A stretch of 64,000 nucleotides of DNA, from positions 1 through 64,000 of the IMG/VR virus record IMGVR_UViG_3300049571_000380, one strand, 5' to 3'. Both the position numbers and the translations under genes were made by a program. The notes under the pieces were generated by a model, which was not told where the DNA came from, did not search any database, and saw only the letters and a program-made list of their open reading frames with translations. Shown one piece after another: positions 63,210-64,000 of the stretch; the stretch's first letter is position 1; each line of letters opens with the position of its first letter. The DNA comes from a virus.

Positions 63210-64000
63210 ATGTCCACGGAAACCCTGCGGGAAACCGCGATCCTCTCCGAGGACGCCCAGTCGCCGGAGAAGGGCATCTGGCGTGCACTCCTCATCGCTG
63301 CCGACGTGCAGGGCTCCAGTGGGTACTACCCCGCCGAAGTGCTGAAGCGGGATGGCGCTCGCGCCTTTCCCGCCGGGACTCACATCTACTTCGACCACCC
63401 TTCCGAGTCGGAAGAGATGGACCTCCCCGAACGCAGCGTTCTGAAAATCGCCGGGTACCTTCTCGACGACGCGACCTTCGAAGAGACACCAGAAGGACGC
63501 GGGCTCTTCTCCCGAATCCAGTTCACGGAGAAGGCCAAGCCGATCGCCAAGGAGCTGCACAGCGTGATCGGTCTCTCGATCCGTGCAGCAGGCCAGATCG
63601 AGGAGACCGCTGGGCAGCGTATTGTGCGCAGCATTCAGCAAGGTCTCTCTGTTGACCTCGTCACCCGCGCTGGAGCGGGAGGAAGGCTCGTCACCATGAC
63701 CGAGTCGGCCACGCCGGAGTCCCCTCCGGCCGAGCAGACCGCGAGCACCGCCGCCCCGGCCGCGAGTGCAGCGATTCCGTCCACCATCGGAACCGGCACC
63801 CTCCTCAGCGAGGTCGCCGCCCTCAAGGACACCCTCTCCGACCGCGTCGAGCAGCTTTCGGTCGACGTCGCGCGCATGGCTTCGCAGCTCCAGGAGTCGC
63901 GCCGCGAGGCCGAGAAGCAGATGCGGGAGAGCGTCAAGCTCCAGGAGACGATCACGTACCTGCGTGACCGCGCCGAGACCGCCGACAAGGCGCTCAAGGA
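63210..64000 (+). CDS. capsid maturation protease / scaffold (partial, runs off window)
   Basis: GYYPAEVL, YFDHP, IGLSIRAAG, SVDLVTRAGAGG protease motifs, then Ala/Pro linker and coiled coil. Confidence 0.85.
   Translation, partial: MSTETLRETAILSEDAQSPEKGIWRALLIAADVQGSSGYYPAEVLKRDGARAFPAGTHIYFDHPSESEEMDLPERSVLKIAGYLLDDATFEETPEGRGLFSRIQFTEKAKPIAKELHSVIGLSIRAAGQIEETAGQRIVRSIQQGLSVDLVTRAGAGGRLVTMTESATPESPPAEQTASTAAPAASAAIPSTIGTGTLLSEVAALKDTLSDRVEQLSVDVARMASQLQESRREAEKQMRESVKLQETITYLRDRAETADKALK

Overview
High-GC (actinobacterial, Streptomyces-like) tailed-phage or prophage DNA. Positions ~130-44,900 are a dense leftward (minus-strand) early/accessory region of >100 mostly small genes. It includes a HicB-like protein, an HTH + ParB/DGQHR pair, a stand-alone PseT-type HAD phosphatase, a DarG-type macrodomain, a DUF4097-like protein, two ArdA-like acidic proteins and a 595-aa multi-Zn-ribbon protein. 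Positions ~44,950-47,600 are non-coding: ~1 kb of hairpin-packed sequence that may be a structured RNA, then a block with repeated GCAGGTCA/ACCTGCGGAAAC motifs and two perfect TGTGA-N6-TCACA boxes, then a G-rich RAATGC repeat tract. Positions ~47,600-58,100 are a mixed block: a lipoprotein, three DUF4873-like paralogs, thyX, two SAM methyltransferase folds, a protealysin-like M4 peptidase, an amber-interrupted membrane gene, a probable terminase small subunit and a second HicB-like gene. From 58,289 the packaging/head module follows: large terminase with a class 3 (Ala1, WCT) intein in Walker A, an Acb2/Tad1-like hairpin protein, portal and a capsid maturation protease/scaffold running off the end. 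A TGACCTAGGCC near-palindrome recurs seven times, always intergenic. I recognised no CRISPR array, tRNA, rRNA or integrase. All family calls come from motif recognition by eye, not database searches.
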